DNA of 64,000 bases from Moniliella sp. 'wahieum' (GCA_003971905.1 RSEE01000124.1:1-64000); one strand, 5' to 3'. Positions 1 to 12,700 are shown, numbered from the stretch's first letter. Notes: generated from the sequence alone by a model not told the origin. Translations and numbers: made by a program.

Positions 1-983
1 CCGAGCTGCCCCAGCGCACGCAGCTGCGATCAAGGATCGATCAAGCGCAGCGGAGCGCTGCTGAGCCGCTGACAGCTGGCAGGCACCAACCCTGCACGGA
101 CCATCTGAGGTCTCAATAAGCTTCCACTAAGCCTCACGCCAGCCAAGCGGGTGATCGAGTGATCGGGCCTCCGGTCCGCTGACGATTGCCGAGCTGACGG
201 GCGAGACGCGTGGCGTAGGCCCCGCTACCAGCGCGTACTGCGCGTACTGGCGTACCTGGCACGCGTGGCAGGGTGCAGCCTGGGGCAGCACGGCGTAGCA
301 GCGCGCAACTTGCGGGCCGGCGGCACGCGCGATTCTCTGGGGCAGCAGGCTTAGCTTAGCGCTAACCGTACTAAACACAACTGCATCAACGCGGACGATG
401 TGGAGGCGGGGACGTGCGACAGCCGTGGCAGGCAGACAGGTGCGTGTCGCATGCGGGACAGTCACATGTCACATGATGTCGCAATGTCACATGTCACACA
501 GGGCCGACGCTGGTTTATGAACCTTTCGTGGCCTCTCATCCACGCCACCCCTTGCCTTGCTGGCCCCAGCGGGCTACGCTGCCATCTATCCCATACAGTC
601 CATCCGCGCCCACACGCAGCGCTATAGGCGCAAGGCCCCCACCAGAAGAGGGGTGGAGCGCAATATGCTCTGTTGGGAGCGCAGCTTCACAGCGGGGGCG
701 GAGCACGCAACCTCCTTGTCCTTTGACAAGAGACACAATGGCCTGCGCCCTCCACGTCGTCCCAAGTGAATCAAGAGGACGTTGGGAGCGGGGACGAACA
801 GGGCAGAAAGGAGACATGGTGAGTACTACGTGTGGATGCTCGGCTGGGGCAAAAGCGGACACCCGCACACGCCTAACTGGGCCATAAGCATGACGGGTTC
901 TACTGATGAACAAGGAGAGAGGCCTCGGAAACGGGTCAACAAGGTCAGTACTCTTTCTCAAGCATAGAGAGAACCAAGCCCAC

Positions 984-1536
984 ATGATGAGAATGTGGCA
1001 CGGGACAGATCGGCAAGGCCCCTTGCCAGCCAAGTCCAAGTCGAGAATCCGCCCGGACCCGGACCGTCTGAGAGAGACGAAGAAGGTCGTCCTTGAGACT
1101 GTGGTCCCGCCCGTGGTAACCATCACCTCAACACACCCATGTGCTTTCCGAGCGACTTGGTAACTTGGGAGAGGTCTGCGTCGCAAGCTCCCGGGCGGGC
1201 ACAAGGACAATGCTTTGGATCTTGTTTTTCCGAGGGTTGACCTTTTCGAGGAGAGGAATGACTAATGACGTAGGCGCCTGCCTTGCCTGCCCCTTTCTTG
1301 GCTCTACAGGCTAGAATATCGCGGCCGGTATAAGCAATGGAGATAGATGTGGCTTCTTCGTGAATAGGGGATGGCCGCTCGAAATCGACGTCGAAAATGC
1401 CCACCAGAAGATCGTGCTTGAGAGCGTAGCCTTCCACCTCGTTGTCCTTGATGTCGGTCACGTCGGACGTTTGCGCACGGTGGTCGGCGGGCGGGGCATG
1501 CACCTGGGCCCTCCAATTGGGCGGAGCAGAGGCCAT
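984..1536 (-). pseudogene. DHH1: Decayed 5' part of a DEAD-box RNA helicase Dhh1/DDX6 gene
   Basis: Read across frames: NWRAQVHAPPADHRAQTSDVT..YALKHDLLVGIFDVDFERPSPIHEE..GRDILACRAKKGAGK / LEKVNPRKNKIQSIVLVPARELATQTS / QVTKSLGKHMG / VEVMVTTGGTT / LKDDLLRLSQTV / GRILDLDLAGKG / LADLS / CHILIM. This is collinear with Dhh1 up to just before DEAD. Q motif, Walker A and motif Ia are mutated, there are several frameshifts, and no intact DEAD follows. Confidence 0.85.
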
Positions 1537-1810
1537 GGTGCATGATGGGCGATGAGGAACGGGGTGGACAGCTTAGTGCGAGATGCGAGATGCGAGGTGG
1601 GGATCGTGAGGCACGTCGTGCGAGGTGCAGGTAGTTCCCCCCCCCCAAAGCGTAAAGGTGGTCGGGTAGGTATTCAGGTCTATCAACTGGCAACCCCTTT
1701 TCCATGGTATTCTCTGTTGCATGTGACATGCAACTAGATTACGAGTCCCTCTTTTCTTACATGCATGACGGTTCATGGTAAAATCAGGAAAGATTCGGAC
1801 GTAAGAAAAT

Positions 1811-1906
1811 GCTAGGATGGGCCAATGGTAGAGCCGTCAGACTTAAGTGTGTACATTACGTACGCAAGGTCTCTGAAGGTTGTGGGTTCGAGTCCCATTT
1901 CTAGCA
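1811..1906 (+). tRNA. tRNA with anticodon UAA (nominally Leu), 23-nt intron 1848-1870, short variable loop
   Basis: Acceptor stem GCTAGGA/TTCTAGC plus A73; D arm GGC/GCC around CAATGGTAGA; anticodon stem TCAGA/TCTGA with CT-TAA-G, then an intron at the canonical 37/38 position; variable loop AGGTT; T arm GTGGG-TTCGAGT-CCCAT. Mature length 73 nt. Confidence 0.9.
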
Positions 1907-1910
1907 CTTA

Positions 1911-1916
1911 TTTTTT
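1911..1916 (+). terminator. RNA polymerase III T-run terminator of the tRNA gene
   Basis: TTTTTT begins 5 nt after the tRNA discriminator base. Confidence 0.75.
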
Positions 1917-2638
1917 GCTGCTTTCGGGTCTCCTGTTTCTCAATTGATTTGGAGTCGCCTGGCCAAAGCAGTCATGCAGCGAGTACTGTGATTCGATGAT
2001 ACACATTGCATGCCAGGCCGGCCAGAGGGCCAAAAGGGCACGACAGGCTGGAGGGAGGTAATTACCAACCGTACTAAGACGGGCAAGAGCCTTACCCATA
2101 TAGTTGGGTTTTGCCGGTAGCGCAATATATTTTCGCGCAGCGCCTGCCACTGCTGATACCGCGCCGGTGTGGCGGGCGGCCAGGGGCTTAACTAACGGAA
2201 GCAATGCACTCCTCTCATCTTCAGGCAGACCTCCCAGGATCTCAGGGTGCTTTCGCGACGGCTAAGCTCGCCTCGCTCGAATCTCGCCACTGAGACTCTC
2301 TGCATATACCCACCAGTGCGCACTTGTGGAACAGCCCCAACCGGCGCTGGGACAGATCTTGGATCCTTGTTCCCCGCCACCATTGACCAGCACCACTTGC
2401 TTGGACGCCACCGCGTGTTTTTCGCTCTTTCATCAGTCCGACGCTCGCTCCCGTTCCCGTCACCGTCTAGCCCATTGGCGAAATGCGTTCGCCTTACGCC
2501 CGCAAAGACCGCGGCACCCCTGCCACGGACTCCCCTGAGTTCTTTCCCCCCAAGCTGCCCGACACACCCTCGACGTTTCGGTCGTCGCTGAGGCAGCTGC
2601 CACTGCAGCCACAAAAGTCTACGCCACCGGACCCAACC

Positions 2639-5036
2639 ATGGCACCACCACTTCGCTCAATCTCACTCACGCACCACGCCTTCTATACCCTGGGCGATGC
2701 AGTCGACTCGCGCTCCATGTTCCTCGCTTCCGACGACGCCGAGGTGGCGTCAACAGCGATAGGATCGCCCCAACCCAGCAAGCAAGGCAAATCGCTTCCC
2801 GAGAAGGAGACCCATTGGCTGCAGATGGAAAAGGAAGAAGCTATCCCGCCCAACAATATGTTTGCCGTCTTCTCTGCTTTGATGCTATGTGTTTTTGCTG
2901 CCGCTTTGGACCAGTCTGTCGTGGCCCCTGCCCTGCCGACCATTGCAGCTGATCTGCATGCCACGGCTGCGGGCTACTCGTATGTCTCTTCTCCTTGGGC
3001 TCTGTTCCTCTTGGTTTGGGGTTGTGGTTGTAACTAACATGATACTTTGCCTCTCTGCCAAGCTGGGTGGCCACGTCGTACATGCTGGCTACCACAACAT
3101 TAAACCCCATGTATGGCCGTTTGAGCGACATGGTGGGCCGCAAACCGCTCATGTATGGCGGCGTAGGCTTGTTCTTGATTGGAAGTGCTCTGGCAGGTAC
3201 GGCGCAGAACATCAACTGGCTCATTGTCGCTCGTGCCGTCCAAGGTCTGGGAGGAGGGGCGATCTCCAGTCTTTCCCAGATCATCCTGTCCGATATCACG
3301 ACGCTGGAAGAGCGGGGCAAGTATTCAGGCTGGATCGGAGCATGCTGGGGGGTGGCTAGTGTGGCAGGGCCGTTACTTGGAGGTGCGTTAACTACATGGG
3401 CAAGCTGGCGCTGGTGTTTCTATATCAATGTGCCCATTTGTGGCATTGCCCAAGTCCTGCTCGTCTTTTGCCTTCATCTCAACCCCAAACCGACAATGCC
3501 GCTGCGACAGCTGTTGCGTGAGTTTGATTTTCTCGGTCTCTTTCTCATCAGCGGCGGTGCGGTCCTCTTCCTTATCGGGTTTTCCACGGCAGAGACGAAT
3601 GGCTGGGAAGCTACCGAGACGATTGCAACAATCGTCGCAGGCGGCGGGCTAATGATCATCTTTGGCTTTTGGAACGCAAAGACAACGCGACAACCCATTG
3701 TCGCTCGTCGCCTCTTCCACACCCGCACTACCCTTCTCGTGCTGTTGCAAGTGGTCATGCACGGCATCACCTTTATCAACGTGACCTACTACCTTCCCAA
3801 CTTTTACCAGGTCGTGACGGGCGCGAATGCGCTCATGTCGGGCGTCTATGCTCTTCCCTACTTGGTCTGCTCCTCCTTCGTCTCAGCTGGGGCCGGGTAC
3901 GCAATTACCAAGGCACGAGCGTACCGGTTCATGTTGTGGATCGGATTTGGTTTCATGACGGTGGGATTTGCTCTGATGTGCATTCTGACTTCCAAGACAA
4001 GCCGGGTGCTGCAAGAGGTGTTTCCTGCTATCCTGGGCATTGGGGTGGGATGTTTGTACCAGACCCCCATCATTGCCCTGTCGGCTGCAATGCCGGTCGC
4101 TGAAATTGGCTCGACACTTGCAACCATGTTCTTTGTGCGGGAGCTGTCGACGACAATGGGCATTGCGATTGGTGGTGCGCTTCTCAACTCGGATTGGACT
4201 CGACGGGCCAAGAAAATTGCTGGTTTGCCAGCCGACGCTCCGGCCAAAGTCTTATCGGATGTCCACTACCTCCGCACCTTGCAGCCCCCCGAACTGTCCC
4301 AGCAAGCTCAGTACGAGTATAGTCTGGCGGTGCGGCTGATCTGGATTGTCGATACACCTCTGGCTGCGATTGGGCTGGTGGCATGTGCGTTGGTCAAGGG
4401 CTATAGCCTTCGCAGGGGGGTAGCAAAAGAGGAACCCGCAACGGATGATGGGCAAGAGATGCGCCCGATAACAGAGAAGAATGCAGAAGGCGGCACGTCT
4501 TCTGTCTTCCCCCCTCATCAACCTCCGGAAGGAGCTGTTGCCATCCCAATTACGACCAACGACGATAATGCAGTGGACACTGATTATAGGGTATCCTCAC
4601 CATCCCAACCGCACCTCGTCCCTCCCCATGACGAGGAAACAAGGTCCCCTACACCCTACACACCCTGCACACCTGAGCAGGGGTACTACACCTTGTTTGA
4701 CGAGGGGCCCTTGCCCACCCCTACCCACCCCAAAGCGTCCTGGGAACCATGGCAATCCTGGTCGCCCGATCTAGCCGCTTCTGCCAACAACCCCGCCAGT
4801 CCGGAACCGCAGATGTACTGGGAGCCTGCTACGCCCAACGACCCAGTGGGTACCAGCAGGCCCAACCGCATTCGGGTCGTGCGCCTACCATTTATGGCTC
4901 GCCTGGCTACGGTTCACCGTCGTATGCTTCGTCCCCTCAAACGCTGCCCACGATCCCCAACTTGCCTCACTCGTATGCCCACGGCATGGATATGGATTCG
5001 ATCGATCTGGGCAAGGCCAGTACCAAGCCGCAGTGA
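2639..5036 (+). CDS. MFS drug:H+ antiporter, DHA2 (14-TM) type
   Basis: [15 protein letters not shown], motif [41 protein letters not shown]. Intron 2980-3062 (GTATGT..CTAAC..CCAAG). The Pro/Ser-rich tail has a probable frameshift near 4830, so the stop is at 5036 or 5049. Confidence 0.92.
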
Positions 5037-5419
5037 CGCGTCACCGTGACGCCGTTCCACTCTCTTTGCCTGTACTCTGCCTCTGCCGCTCTTTGCCCTC
5101 GACTCCTACGACCCTTGCATGCGTGTAACGATTGCTCTGTTTTGCCATGCTCTTCTCACGTCCTCTGTGCCTAAACGTTCTCATCTTGCCCCTGCCCTTT
5201 GCCCCCCGCCCTTTGACCTTCATTCTTTCTTGCCTGCTCTGATTCTTGCTACGATCGATTCCTGTTACGACGTTACGAATATACGTACACACACTTTGAA
5301 CCAACCAGTCTGCGTGAGAAAACAATGTGGGAAATGCATTGGACCACAAAAAGGTGCCTGCACAGTGGAGAAAAAAACGTGAGCAAGCCACGCCTCTGCC
5401 TCTGCTTTTCTTTACCCCG

Positions 5420-8066
5420 TTATTCGTCGAGGACAAAGGTAAGAGGCTCAAACTGATAGCCTGCCGCGGCATAATGCTTGTTGCCCGCCTCAACCCAGTG
5501 GAGACGAAGAGCATGGAGGAAGGCCGACAGCCCTTCCATCAAGCACAGGATGGCAATCGTCAAGCAGAACCAAACGGCAAACATGACAGTCAACATGATC
5601 ACACCCCCGTGCCCTCCATGGGCAGCGCAATGGCCAGCGTCATGTTCCACACACCTCGCTCAGTTGCGCGTGCGCCAAAGACAAGGCCCACAGACGAAGG
5701 TACGAAGCCGTGTTGGAAATGCAGCCAAGGCAGTATTCGATGACGTGGATCACCTGGTGAATGATCACCTCTCCCAACTCGAATTCCTCGTGCTCCCCCT
5801 CACTGTGGTCCTCGGCCGAGCCCGCCGCGCCATTGGCCGATCCATTGCGATGGTGACTCCCGTTCGGCTCTTCGTCTTCCTCGTCGTCGGCCGTGGGCAC
5901 CGCAGAACCAACAGCATGGTAGCCCGCCTGTTTCGCCGCTGTCGCCTCCTTCCAGAGCAGGTACGGCTTGGCAGCCAACATCCAAGGGACACAGGCAAAC
6001 GCCAACAAAAGCAGCACAACTTGCAGGAAGGCCTGGCCAGGGTACAACTGCTCGTCCTCGGCAACCGATCCGGGGGCAAGGAACATGTAAATCAACATGT
6101 TCAGCAACCCGGGCGGGTTGTGGTGAATGTGGTTGCCGTCCTGGTCCAGCTCCCACCAGTCGATGGACCACTTGTACACAATTGTCCAGCTCAGATAGCC
6201 AAACAGGGCCAACATAAACAGCAGCTGCGGCACCACCTCAGCAACAATCATCTTGGTCCGCTTAAAGTGGATGTGGTTGGGAATTTGAAGGCAGATGGCA
6301 AACACCATGTGCACCACACCCAACAGGATCGACATTTTCATCTTCAAACTGTTGGTAAAGATGAGTGCGTTGTCAGTCCCATGCCAGCTCGGGTCGAGAC
6401 CGATGGGGTAAACTCCAGTCTGTTGCGCTTCCACCATCCCATCGGCCCGTGGGTAGGTCCAACCGGCGTAAAGAGGGTCATCGTCTTGGAGAACAGGTCG
6501 TTGTACATGGTGCCCGTAAAGATTGCAAATGCGCCCATAAGTAGGACAATGTAGCGACCGTAGAAAAACATGACAAAAATTTCGTCCTTCACCTTGGCCA
6601 GTTTGTCCTCATACAGCACCATAACCAACGCGGCGGAGAACATCAGCAGACCGTGGCCCACATCACCAAACATCACCGCAAAGAGGAAAGGGAAGGTGAT
6701 GACAGTAAACAGGCCCGGATTGACCTCCTGATAGGACGCAACACCGTACGCCGTGATAAGCGCCTGGAAGCCTTCGGTAAACTTGTTGATCCGCATGTAC
6801 GTCGGTGGCGTCACCGACGTGGGGATCACCTGGAGAACAGGCGAGGCGGCCGTACCCGAGTTTTCGGTGGCACGGCGAAGAGCAAGCTGAATGCTCGTCA
6901 GATCGGCAGTCGGGGCCCATCCTTCCGCCACAAACGTCTTGCCGCTCGCGTCGCGCTGGAAGAGGTTGAGCGTGGCGTAGATCAGACGTTCCTTGCGCAC
7001 CAGCTCGCCCCATCCCGACACGTTTTCTGCCAGACTGGCCAGCTCGGTGCGGCGGGTGGCCGCAGTGCTGTACAGCACGCTCTCCAAATCTTCGATCCGG
7101 CTGGTCACTTCGCGCAACGCTTCTTGCCGACGATCGGCATTCGCGTCGACGGGGTAAAGCGTGCCCCCCATGCTCTCGCTGATCTTGCGAATCTTGGCCA
7201 ACAGCTCAGCACCGTGGGCAAAGATGAAAACATTCTTGTACACCGGGTCCTCGCGTCCCGGCTCGTGGAACGGCGCAGCAATTTCAGCATAGTTCATGTA
7301 CAGGTTACCGCGGAGCACACGCCAGGCAATCCGCTCAAAAGTAGCCATGCGCGAGCGGTCAATCGTACCGGCAACGAACCTAGAAAAAAATGATGTGTTA
7401 GGGGGCAAAGTTCACACAAGCAGAGACAAAACATACTCGAGGTCCAGGTTGACAAAAGCGGATTCGTTGTCATGCACCTGCTGCAGCCCCGACTCGAGAT
7501 CATCCAAGAGAGGCGCACTGGCATCATCTGTCGAGATGCGGGTGCCGACAGTGTTGGCACCCGAGGGGTTGGCCTGCTCAAAAAAGACGGCCGTCTCACG
7601 GAGAACGTGACGTGCCTCTTCCAGCTCAACCAGGCGCTTCTCCAGTGTGTCGTACGAGCTGTTCATGTTGGAAACACGATCTTCGTCCTCCTTGAGCTCG
7701 GACGACAGCGTGTCCATTACCTGTGGCCCTCCGGCATGGGTGCCCAGCGAAATGGCGGGAGCGCCCCCAATCAGGACGGGCACGGCCGGGTCAAGGGGCT
7801 TGATGGGCACCCCTCCTTGGTCATGCAATCCTCGAGAAAGCGCACACGGCGATTCATGTCGTCAAGGCGCTTGATGTCGTCAACAAACGGCCGCTGGAAG
7901 GACTGGACGTCTGGGAGCAGGTCCTTGAACTGCATGTTGCCCAGGCCGCCGAGCTCGGCGACGGTGGCATGGGCCACCTCGCCAGGGACATAGATCTGGA
8001 CCAGGGACATCTGGGCGCTGCGGAAAAGCGATTCGTACGAATCGCCGCTGCCGGCAGCACCGCCAT
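5420..8066 (-). CDS. VPH1: V-type ATPase V0 subunit a (Vph1/Stv1 family)
   Basis: [100 protein letters not shown]. Intron about 7380-7436 and several single-base frameshifts. The start is inferred at ATG 8066 assuming one missing G. Confidence 0.95.
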
Positions 8067-8271
8067 CGCGTCCACGGGTAGCCAGGTGGTGGGGGGGTGG
8101 TGGTGGGGGGCAGGTAGTCGTGGCCAGGGGCGGACCACCGGGTGGGCTGGCGCTTGGAACGCTGAGGGGCGGCACGGGGCCAGCATATTACGTACTGCGT
8201 CTCGTAACTGCGAAAGCGAACTGCGGTATTAGTAAACCTGCTGAGTCAGCCCTCGCCATCGAAGGCGAATT

Positions 8272-8925
8272 TTGCATGGACACTTTCAACATGGCCTGAA
8301 CGTTCAAGTTGCACTCATCGATGATAGACGCCCATTCCTGATGCTCGTCTCTGTTTCCTTGCTCGCCATCCTTGGTAACCGGCAAGGACATCAGATCAAT
8401 CCGCCTTATACATGGGGTGCTGGTGAGTCTACGCCACGACACAGAGCTGCACAGACCAGCAAACGATTTCAGATGCGTCTGCTCAACATGGCCAGTCGTG
8501 GAGGGTCGATGGACACGAGACATGTGGACTGGCACTGGACGTTTTCGGAGTTAGATGGGCTCGATGGCCTTCCTCGTATGGATGCCTCATTTGGCGGTAT
8601 GCTCGCTTCGGGCGAGAAGGGGGCTTATGAGGCGATCATTGATCACGGGAAATTGATTGCCAGCGGGATCGCACTCGGGCTCAAGGTATGTTCGCTCAAA
8701 TTGAGCCCTCCCACTACCGCGACCGTGGATCACTTATTAGCCGAGTACCCAGGCCATATCGCCGGAGTGAAGTGGACTGACGCAAAGACAAACGGGTTTA
8801 ATGCTATACTGTTAATGAAACACATGCTGTCATGCATGCCATGGGGTACCATAGCTTCTTGCTCAACGATACAGTTGCGAGCTTGGGTGGAGACTACAAG
8901 CGGTGCACAACAAGACTTGCGATGA
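8272..8925 (+). CDS. Hypothetical protein
   Basis: 217-codon ORF filling the gap between VPH1 and the DUF952 gene. Possible intron from GTATGT at 8686 to CAG at 8873. No family recognised; start uncertain. Confidence 0.3.
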   Translation: MHGHFQHGLNVQVALIDDRRPFLMLVSVSLLAILGNRQGHQINPPYTWGAGESTPRHRAAQTSKRFQMRLLNMASRGGSMDTRHVDWHWTFSELDGLDGLPRMDASFGGMLASGEKGAYEAIIDHGKLIASGIALGLKVCSLKLSPPTTATVDHLLAEYPGHIAGVKWTDAKTNGFNAILLMKHMLSCMPWGTIASCSTIQLRAWVETTSGAQQDLR

Positions 8926-8963
8926 CAAAACGGCGAGGGTATTTGAGGGCATGCTCCTGCCTC

Positions 8964-9540
8964 TTACCAATTGAGCAGCCCCTCCAAACGGCTTTTGTTC
9001 GACCAGTCCCAAGCTTGGTTGGGAACGGAGCGTTTCAAGCTCCAGAATGTCTCAACCTGGGTCTTGGGATCCAACGTCTTGACGCAACAAGTGGACATTA
9101 GTATCGGCCTCACACAGAAGGTATTTTAATGCTGATGATACAAGTTCTGAAGCAGGATGGATGATGCAGATGGAAGAGGGAAAAGGAGGGAGGGTCGGAC
9201 GACGGGAAGGAGAGGGGAGAACGTACTGCATATAGGTGAGGAAAGGTGCCGGCTCCATCGGGGGCATTTTCATACTTGAGGAGGGCGGTCTGTTCGGCCC
9301 GCAGCGCAGAGGGAGAGATGGCGCATAAAACAACCTCGTTCATTGGGGGACCATAGAAGCGGTTGAGGGTGCCCAGGACCTGGTCTGTGGTGGAGAGGTG
9401 GATAAAGCCGTCGCCCTGGTCCATCTCGGTGCCGGTCCACCCGGTCGGGGGCAGGGCAGCGGCCTCCCTCTGCAGGAGGATCTTCCAGAGCATGTTTGGC
9501 GCAGTGGGGAAGGCGTTGCTGTCCCCCGTGGAGATGGCAT
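8964..9540 (-). CDS. DUF952 domain protein
   Basis: LWKIL..D..DGFIHLSTTDQV..TLNRFY..LKYE..GTFPHLY. Probable intron 9226-9078, then TLDPKTQVETFWSLKR..LLNW*. Start is ATG 9540 (needs one missing base) or ATG 9493. Confidence 0.85.
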
Positions 9541-9770
9541 CGTGCTGGTTGTATCGAAGTGGGGGCCGGCGCTTGGAGACGTGGAGAAACAAATCAACGA
9601 AAGGCGTGGGTGCGGGACGAAACAGAGGCTCTCACTGACACCAGGCGGCGAAATCCAGTCCAAAAATAGGTGCAAAATCTATTTTTCGCACGGATCTGCA
9701 ATTGCAACCCTGGCGAGCCAGGCACCACCACCTCCACTGCCACTCCCACCATCCGCTCCCGCCCCCCGTG

Positions 9771-12700
9771 ATGCCGCCCAAGATGGACGGCCGCGCCATG
9801 GGAAGGGGCGCTGCCCCATCACTCGGAGGCTTCCTTGCTCTGGGCGGCGCGTCGAAAAGCGCCGCCGGGGGCTCCCTCGCTGCCACCCAAGTCGAGGCCG
9901 AATTCCATCGCCTCCGGAAGGAGCGCGAAGCGCATCGCGCTGCCCTCATTAACGACGGGAGCATGCAGGATCCCGGTCAAGCCAGGTCACTTGGTGGTGC
10001 CCAGAACCTGGTGGGCACGTGCACGACGATGTGCCCGGCCTTTGAGCTGGTGGAGCGTGAGATGCAACGCGAACTTGACCCGCTCGAACAAGATGGCTCG
10101 CCTGCCGTCAAGATTTATCGTCGACCGGCTGCCGGACGGGAAGTGCCTTTGCCCGAAGACGTGCGACCGCCTCCGGTGTTGCTCAAGACTTTGGACTACC
10201 TCTTTCACGACCTATTGCCTTCCGACCCTTTCCACCCCGTTTCACTGAGATCCAGGCTTTTGTGTGGAATCGAACACGCGCTGTGCGCCAGGACTTTGTG
10301 GTTCAGAATGTCCACGGCGCCGAAGCCATTGAGGCACACGAGCGTATCGCGCGTTATCACATCCTCATTCTCCACTTCCGCGGTGGATCTGTTCAAGCCG
10401 ACGGCCAGATGGCTGAGCCGCCCGCCAACGCGGACGGAACGCGTGCGGAAAACACATGGAGTCAGCAGCAGGAGCTTGAGCAGCTCAGGAAGACGTTGCG
10501 CAGTCTTGTCGAGTACTACGACGATGCTCGTCAAGATCGGCCTGCGGATCAGGACCGGGACGCTCCCGTTTCGCCCATGAGGGGGAATTCCGAGCCTACC
10601 AGCTCTTGCTGGGCGCTTACGATTCGGAAGCGCTACGCGAGGTGGAGGTCTTGCCTGCGCCTGTCCTCGCCCATCCGACCCTGAAAACTGCACTGAAGAT
10701 TCGAGCGTTGATCCAGGGGTGTGATCCTGCTGCCTTGCGCCGGGCCGACACAGTCTCGCTTCCAGCTCATGGCTTGGCCTTTTTTGCTCGGTTCTTCTCT
10801 CTGGTCTCTCGGCCTGAGACGGACTACCTGCTGGGGTGCATAGCCGAGGAGCTGTTTGCCGATGTTCGGCGAGCAGGACTGCGGTCCTTGGCGCGGACCA
10901 TGCGGCGGCAGGATGTTCCTCCCCTCGACTGGCTCGCCCAAGCGCTGGGGTTTGACGATGAGGCACAGGTGATGGACTTGGCAGAACAGCTGGATATCCG
11001 CCCTATGCTCCACGAGCGCACCGGCGAGCAGCGCCTTGAGCTGGCTCATGCGCCTATTGCAGCCAGCAAGCCGATCAAGACACCCTTCTCTCGCGCCCTC
11101 GAACGCAAGCGCAAGGACAGGAGCTGCCAGGAAATCATCGACAACCCGGGAACTGCCCCGCCCACCGCCGCGCCATTCTCATTCACCGCCACCTCCACTG
11201 TTTCTCGCTGCCCCTCCATCGTCCGCAACGCCACCGTCACGCTCTGGGTTTGCGAACGGAGCCGCAGGTCCAGATCTTTCAGCAACGCGGCCCACACTGA
11301 ACGCGTTCGCCAACTCATTCGTCCCGCGCGCCCCAGTGCCGGCATCCTCTGCCCCAACCTTGGCTGCGACAAAGCAGGCACCTTCGGCTCCACCAACAAC
11401 CGGGGCGTTTTCTGCGGCAGCCACTCGCCCTAACAATGGATTTGCTGGGTTCTCCAGTGCCTTCACTCCGCCAGCTCCAGCTGCTGCAACCTCTTTTGCG
11501 TCCGCATCCACTCCTTCTGTGGCTCCCGCACCAGCGGTTCCGCCGCAGCCTCCGCTTCAACCCACGTTCTCGTCCCCTTTACCGGGGGCAACGGCGCCTG
11601 TTCCGAAGACGCCCCTGCCTTCGGCTCCTTCTCCAGCTGCAGCTCCATCTCCAGCTCCAGCCACATCCAAGCTCTTCACCTTTGCATCTGACCAGGTTCA
11701 TGCTCCATCATCCGCTGGCTTTAAGCCTCCCAAGTTGCCTGAGAACACACTTGGAACTCCTGGGGTGGTTCCTTCATCTAGTTCTCCTCGCACGGAAGCG
11801 CCTAGCACATCGACGTTATTCCAGCCTAAAGCTCCTTCTATCAATGCCGTGCCAGAGTCCAATAAGCCTTCCTTCCCACTCTTTGGTGGTGCCCCTTCTG
11901 TCACACCACTTCAGCCCGATACCCAAGGATCACAACCTGCTTCCCGCCTGCCCCCGCCTAAGCCTAGTGTAGGCTTTTTGCCCTCGAAACCAGTAACCAG
12001 CGAACCCAAGGTTTCTTCGCCCTTGGCCGTACCGCCTACGACAACACCAAGTTTCTCATCTCTGGCACGCACCCCTGCAGCCTCGGTCCCGGCCCTGAAA
12101 AGGCCCCAGCGGCCGAGCGCAGCTCAAGAACAGGAGTTTCTTTCTCGGCTCTGTGGCCGGATTTATGGGCGCCTGGCCCAGTCTGTCGTCAAGCGGCCTT
12201 CCCAGCGGGCGGCCAAGGTGGGCCAGCTGCGTGCGATGAACACGTTGCATCTGCAGCGGTTGGCTACCAACTTGTATGACCGTATGGTACCCAGTGCGGT
12301 GGAGCAAGGGGTGCAGCGTGCGTGCTCGGCTGTAGGGGCTATCAAGTACCGCAATGCTCACCTCTTGTCCCATTGGTTTTCGGCTTGGCGGGAACGGTTG
12401 GCGACCAAGCGCTGGAATGCGGTTTTGGCCCGTGTCGAGCAGGTAAAGGAGCAGGCGCAGGTCCATCGTCTGCCTCGTCCGGTTCACGAGAGGGCGATGG
12501 AGATTGATGGGACGGTAGAGGCGGTGGATGATATGAAATTGGCCCAAGCGTTCACTGCGCGGCGCAAGTTGCGCGACGCGCTCTGGGCTACTGGGCAGTT
12601 TACGTTGCTCGTGTACGAACGGGTACGGGATACGGCCGACTTGTATGCTGACTTGTGGCCAAAGAAGACGGATGCCCTGTGCAGCTTTTCCCCCGTGGAA

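Noticed and set aside
1844..1846. tRNA read as an ochre suppressor because the DNA shows TAA
   Set aside because: Anticodon 5'-UAA-3' pairs with codon UUA (Leu); an ochre suppressor would have anticodon UUA.
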